A stretch of DNA of 64,000 nucleotides, taken from positions 3,040,001-3,104,000 of the forward strand of contig OZ220744.1 in assembly GCA_965116925.1 (NCBI GenBank), in the 5' to 3' direction. The notes under the pieces were generated by a model, which was given only the letters and a program-made list of their open reading frames with translations, had not been told where the DNA came from and searched no databases. The stretch comes from Candidatus Poribacteria bacterium. GTDB taxonomy: Bacteria > Poribacteria > WGA-4E > PCPOR2b. Shown here in pieces: positions 59,706 to 64,000 of this stretch; the stretch's first letter is position 1; each line of letters opens with the position of its first letter. The position numbers were made by a program, and so were the translations under genes.

Positions 59706-62700
59706 TTGATAAAAAAAGAATTTCTCTGTTTTACCTTATATGCAATAATTATCTATCTCACCGGCGGTACACTCAAGCCTGCTCTTGCTGCTACCCAACC
59801 AGCCGGGGGACACGAGACGCATTTTTGCGGTGTTATTGATGGTCAGTTAAACAAACGGTATTCGGACCAATTCCCCAACCGCAATTATGCCCGCACCTTT
59901 GCGGCGAACTTGAACGTCGGCGAACCGCGCACGGTACGGCTGATCTACTTCTTACCAAATGACCGTCCATATCGTCCGGAGATGGTGCAACACATGAAGG
60001 ATGAGATTCTTAAAATTCAAGCCTTTTATCTTGAGGCAATGGAAGCACATGGCTATCAAGATATGACTTTCAAGATTGAAACCGATGCACAAGGTAAGCC
60101 GGTAGTACATCGTGTGGATGGGCAACAGTCCGAGATTTACTATGTTGACGATACAAGTAGCACTGTACGCGCTGAAATCCGACAACTGTTTGATGTTTGG
60201 CAAAACATCTACTTTATTGTCGTTGATAGTGACATTAATCGTATTGGGACGGGAGTTGGAAATAGCCGCGTGAGGGGTAATGCAGGTAGTTATGGAAAGA
60301 ATGGTGGAGATGTATTAATCCCTGTGCGTCATTTTCAAGACAGAAAACTCTCTGCTCATGAGATAGGTCACGCGTTTGGACTACAACACGATTTCCGTAG
60401 CGGCGGATATATCATGTCGTATGGGGCAGGATACAATCGGGCACCCCGTGACGGTCCTAATCAAGATAGATTGTCCAAATGCAATGCTGATTTTTTGTCG
60501 GTAAATCCCTATTTCAACCCTGATGTTCCAACTGAAGGTGGGGGTTCTCCAGCTATTGAACTGACTTCAGCACGCACTTATCCAGCAGGATCAGAAAGCG
60601 TCGATATTCAAGTTAGAGTTACAGATCCAGAGGGAATACATCAAGTTATCCTGTTCGTTGAATCAGTAACCCTACTGGGTCCGTCTGGTTACCCTGAAAT
60701 CAAAGCATGCCGTCACCTGATGGGCGAAAGGGAAGTTGCTGTGAAATTTGAATATGATGGTGATGTGCCAGGCAGCAGTTTCACTAGTCTCTCTACGAAT
60801 ACCCAACAGAATATTCGTATTGCAGCGATTGATATAAACGGGGAGGCATCTAGTAGCACATTTACCCTTTCGGCAGAACCGACGGGGCAAGCAGATAGTT
60901 CTAAAGCGGGTGTGAGAATCGTAGAAGGCACACAAGAAGTAAGAGAAGATAATAGATATCAAACGTGGAACTTGCCAACTGGAGCAAGATTCCGAATAGG
61001 CAAAGGAGGTCCTGGCGGGGGTGATAGGGCGGCAGCGTTTTCGCCCAACGGTCAATATCTCGCCGTATCAAGCGGTACTGGTATATGGCTTTATGATACC
61101 GTAAATTATAGGGAGGTTGCGCTGCTTTCTAGTCAATATCCAATTAACAGTATAGCATTTTCACCCGATGGGAATGCTATTGTTGGAAGCCAGAATCAGG
61201 TGTGGAGTATTGTAACACAAGAGAAAATTGCTACTTTTAGTCCTGGTAGACATGTAGCATTTTCGCCCAATGGAAAAACTATTGCATCCGCCGCTGGCAG
61301 GGCAATAATACTATGGGATATTGTAACCCAGCAAGAGCTTGTACGGATGGAGTCTGAATATATTATTGATACCCTATCAGCGTCACATGATGGTGCTCTG
61401 ATTGCTGGTGCTGGGTGGGATGGATTAGTAAAAGTGTGGGAGGTCAATACAGGTCAATTGATAAATACATTTAGGCATGATGCTTGGGTCAATTCTATCA
61501 CATTTTCACCGACTGAAGATATACTTGCATCAAGTTCAGGGGATAGGACCGTAAAATTGTGGGATACCATAACAGGAACAGAAATCTATACAATTCAAAA
61601 TCCAGATGTTACCGATGCTGTAGCTTTTTCGCCCGATGGAAAGACGCTCGCTTGGAACGGTGCTGGAACCTATACGTTACCAGATACAATCAATTTGTGG
61701 GACATGACAACACAATCCCTTGTTGCAGTTTATGAGATACCTACCTCTGTTTCTAACTTCATCAATTGTCTAGCGCTTTCGCCCGATGGAAAGACTTTTG
61801 TTACTGTTGACCATTTCTATGACATTGTAAAAGTATGGGATATTAACACAGGCAATACTATTGACTTAGGACATATAGGATTAAGCCCTTTCCACTTTGA
61901 TTTACCGAATAGAGGATTAACCCCCATATCGTTCTCGCCTGATAGCACCATGCTCGCAACGGGTGGTACTAGAGGGGTAAAACTGTGGGATGTCAATACA
62001 GGAAGAAATGTTGCCAATATTCCTATTAAACCTAGGCACTCTGTTACACATGTCTCTTTTTCACCTGATGGCAGAACACTTGCATATCGTATCAGTGAGG
62101 AAAAGTTTACCAGATTATGGGATGTTACAACCCAAACACAGACTGGGATCATTGAAAATCCATCAGTTGAATATTGGGCGTTTTCACCTGACGGAAAGAC
62201 TCTTGCATCAACTGCGAGGCATATAATCACATTATGGGATGTTGTAACAGGGCAGCAGATCGCCACATTGGAAGGACCTGCACGCCGGGTTAGCCATATA
62301 ACATATTCGCCGGATGGGAATACCCTTGCTGCTGTATCATGGGACAGCACTGTTCGATTGTGGGATATAGCGACAAACCAAACTATCGAAACTTTTGAGG
62401 GTACAAGTTATGCAGCATTTTCGCCTGACGGAACAATGCTTGTTTTTCGTGCAAATGGCAGCGGTTTGGTGGTATGGAATCTAATAACGCGAGACAAAAC
62501 TATTATTCCTAAAAATGATTTTATGGCATTTCTACCCGATAGCTCAATGATGCTTTTAAGAAATTTTACTTATGAAAGTCTTGGCTCAGTTACTGTTTGG
62601 GATGCAAAAACGTCTACATCTATTACTACATTGGATTCTGGAATTTTTGCAGGTCAGAAACGACCCATATTCTCACCTGATGGAAAGACGCTAGCTATAA

Positions 62701-63407
62701 TGGGTCAAGATTCAACCATATTATTTGAACCAGAAGTAATATACAACCAATTGCCTCTATCCGCACTATCAAACGCCAATACGGAATCACTACTGATTGC
62801 GGCAGATGTCAACAACGACGGAAGCGTCAATATCTTGGATTTGATCTTGATTACATCCAATCTTGATACTAAAGGGACCAATTTAGCAGCGGATGTCAAC
62901 GGGGATGGGGTTATCAGTATTCTGGATCTGGTTATAGTTGCGGGTATGTTTGATGGTGCAGCTGCGCCTTCAGCGCAGCCACAACTGCCCGAAACACTCA
63001 CAGCGGTAGAAGTGCGGGGTTGGCTGGCCGACGCGAGGAGACTTGAGGTTAAAGATCCCATCATCAAACGAGGGATTATGATGCTTGAACAACTCTTGGC
63101 AGCCCTGACCCCAAAAGAGACAGAACTGTTAGCAAATTACCCCAACCCGTTCAATCCAGAGACATGGATACCGTATCATTTGGCAGAGGACGCTTTCGTC
63201 ACCTTGACCATCTATGACCGGGCTGGTCAGGTCGTCCGCACCTTCGATGTTGGGCATCGGGTAGCGGCGTTCTACGAAAGTCGCTCGAAAGCAATCTACT
63301 GGGATGGCAGAAACAGGTTGGGTGAGCCAGTGGCAAGTGGCGTTTATTTTTACACCCTGACAGCAGGCGATTATTCCGCCACGCGGAAGATGCTGATCCT
63401 AAAGTAG
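59706..63407 (+). CDS. Exported metallopeptidase + WD40 propellers + dockerin-like repeats + FlgD/T9SS-like C-terminal domain
   Basis: HEIGHAFGLQH and IMSY; FSPDG/LWD repeats; DVNNDGSVNILDL; LLANYPNPFNPETWIPY. Confidence 0.9.
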   Translation: MIKKEFLCFTLYAIIIYLTGGTLKPALAATQPAGGHETHFCGVIDGQLNKRYSDQFPNRNYARTFAANLNVGEPRTVRLIYFLPNDRPYRPEMVQHMKDEILKIQAFYLEAMEAHGYQDMTFKIETDAQGKPVVHRVDGQQSEIYYVDDTSSTVRAEIRQLFDVWQNIYFIVVDSDINRIGTGVGNSRVRGNAGSYGKNGGDVLIPVRHFQDRKLSAHEIGHAFGLQHDFRSGGYIMSYGAGYNRAPRDGPNQDRLSKCNADFLSVNPYFNPDVPTEGGGSPAIELTSARTYPAGSESVDIQVRVTDPEGIHQVILFVESVTLLGPSGYPEIKACRHLMGEREVAVKFEYDGDVPGSSFTSLSTNTQQNIRIAAIDINGEASSSTFTLSAEPTGQADSSKAGVRIVEGTQEVREDNRYQTWNLPTGARFRIGKGGPGGGDRAAAFSPNGQYLAVSSGTGIWLYDTVNYREVALLSSQYPINSIAFSPDGNAIVGSQNQVWSIVTQEKIATFSPGRHVAFSPNGKTIASAAGRAIILWDIVTQQELVRMESEYIIDTLSASHDGALIAGAGWDGLVKVWEVNTGQLINTFRHDAWVNSITFSPTEDILASSSGDRTVKLWDTITGTEIYTIQNPDVTDAVAFSPDGKTLAWNGAGTYTLPDTINLWDMTTQSLVAVYEIPTSVSNFINCLALSPDGKTFVTVDHFYDIVKVWDINTGNTIDLGHIGLSPFHFDLPNRGLTPISFSPDSTMLATGGTRGVKLWDVNTGRNVANIPIKPRHSVTHVSFSPDGRTLAYRISEEKFTRLWDVTTQTQTGIIENPSVEYWAFSPDGKTLASTARHIITLWDVVTGQQIATLEGPARRVSHITYSPDGNTLAAVSWDSTVRLWDIATNQTIETFEGTSYAAFSPDGTMLVFRANGSGLVVWNLITRDKTIIPKNDFMAFLPDSSMMLLRNFTYESLGSVTVWDAKTSTSITTLDSGIFAGQKRPIFSPDGKTLAIMGQDSTILFEPEVIYNQLPLSALSNANTESLLIAADVNNDGSVNILDLILITSNLDTKGTNLAADVNGDGVISILDLVIVAGMFDGAAAPSAQPQLPETLTAVEVRGWLADARRLEVKDPIIKRGIMMLEQLLAALTPKETELLANYPNPFNPETWIPYHLAEDAFVTLTIYDRAGQVVRTFDVGHRVAAFYESRSKAIYWDGRNRLGEPVASGVYFYTLTAGDYSATRKMLILK

Positions 63408-63474
63408 TAGGCACAATCCGTGTGCCGTAACTCCGCGAACAAAGTCCTGACCTGGCTCGTTCACAGTCTCTAAT

Positions 63475-63760
63475 TATGGTGAATTCAAAAAATAAAGAAA
63501 CACTTGCGCCTCCCCGGTAGGTGCAGTTTGTAACCGCACCGGTTTGGCATGTCCCATTAATTCTAAAATCTACTATAAATGACCCTAGTGCTCCGTCAAA
63601 TAAATCATGATAAGGCACTCACCGCTCGGCTTGGATAGCCATAGCCAAGCCGCTTTGTGGGGGAAGTATCTAACAGAGGCTTTTGTACCACAATCTGTTA
63701 GATTGTGATCCGAGTCCGCAAACTAACAGTTTGCGCTACATTTATGTGACAGTGTACTAG
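63475..63760. mobile_element. Family A (63475-63577) next to a family D end, then family F (63585-63760)
   Basis: Same termini as the other copies; CTAG-bounded TIRs CTAGTGCTCCGTCA/TGACAGTGTACTAG. Confidence 0.72.
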
Positions 63761-63837
63761 GCTCTTTTTTTTCCTAATTGACGCAGCCACGATGCCATGC
63801 TATTCTGTCCCAAATCTAAAATCGAGAGGTGTTCACA

Positions 63838-64000
63838 ATGCTTGATCTAAAATCGAAAGCCCGTGAGGTCATCGAACACGGTTACTGTGTGCTTGAATCG
63901 GTCTACGATGACCGTGAATGCGAACAGATGCGCGCCATTTTCAAGCAACTGTGTGACGACAAGAACGGTTTTTCGTCCGAGCAGCCCAAAATCAGTTTTC
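63838..64000 (+). CDS. Probable PhyH-family dioxygenase, truncated by the window end
   Basis: MLDLKSKAREVIEHGYCVLESVY.. resembles a PhyH N-terminus; GAGGT RBS. Confidence 0.5.
   Translation, partial: MLDLKSKAREVIEHGYCVLESVYDDRECEQMRAIFKQLCDDKNGFSSEQPKISF

Overview
A 64-kb stretch of bacterial chromosome. The gene families suggest Candidatus Poribacteria, a sponge symbiont (inference): WD40 proteins ending in dockerin-like repeats plus a 'NYPNPFNPETWIPY' C-terminal domain, several PhyH dioxygenases, and FGE and VWA proteins. Housekeeping and metabolic genes include asd, pckA, mnmA, an Ogg glycosylase, a xanthine-dehydrogenase-family M/S/L cluster, a PQQ dehydrogenase, SDRs, AKRs, a PPTase, tRNA-Phe and tRNA-Thr. 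Five things stand out. (1) A Rieske-GAF-PAS sigma54 activator sits divergent from a sigma54 promoter with palindromic enhancers, ahead of two paralogous ~600-aa Rieske fusion proteins of unknown function. (2) An ECF/anti-sigma operon carries three DUF4252-like proteins and a DUF4252-POTRA-Omp85 barrel fusion. (3) A tnpB-only IS200/IS605 element has a 5' UTR that can fold into a three-way junction with a kissing interaction. (4) Two proteins have TonB-type SxxxH anchors but end in VWA or DUF4159 domains. (5) The intergenic DNA holds at least six families of nested MITEs, several with visible target duplications, carrying GTAG-REP hairpins. No CRISPR array, rRNA, integrase or reverse transcriptase was seen. 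All family calls come from motif recognition by eye, not database searches.
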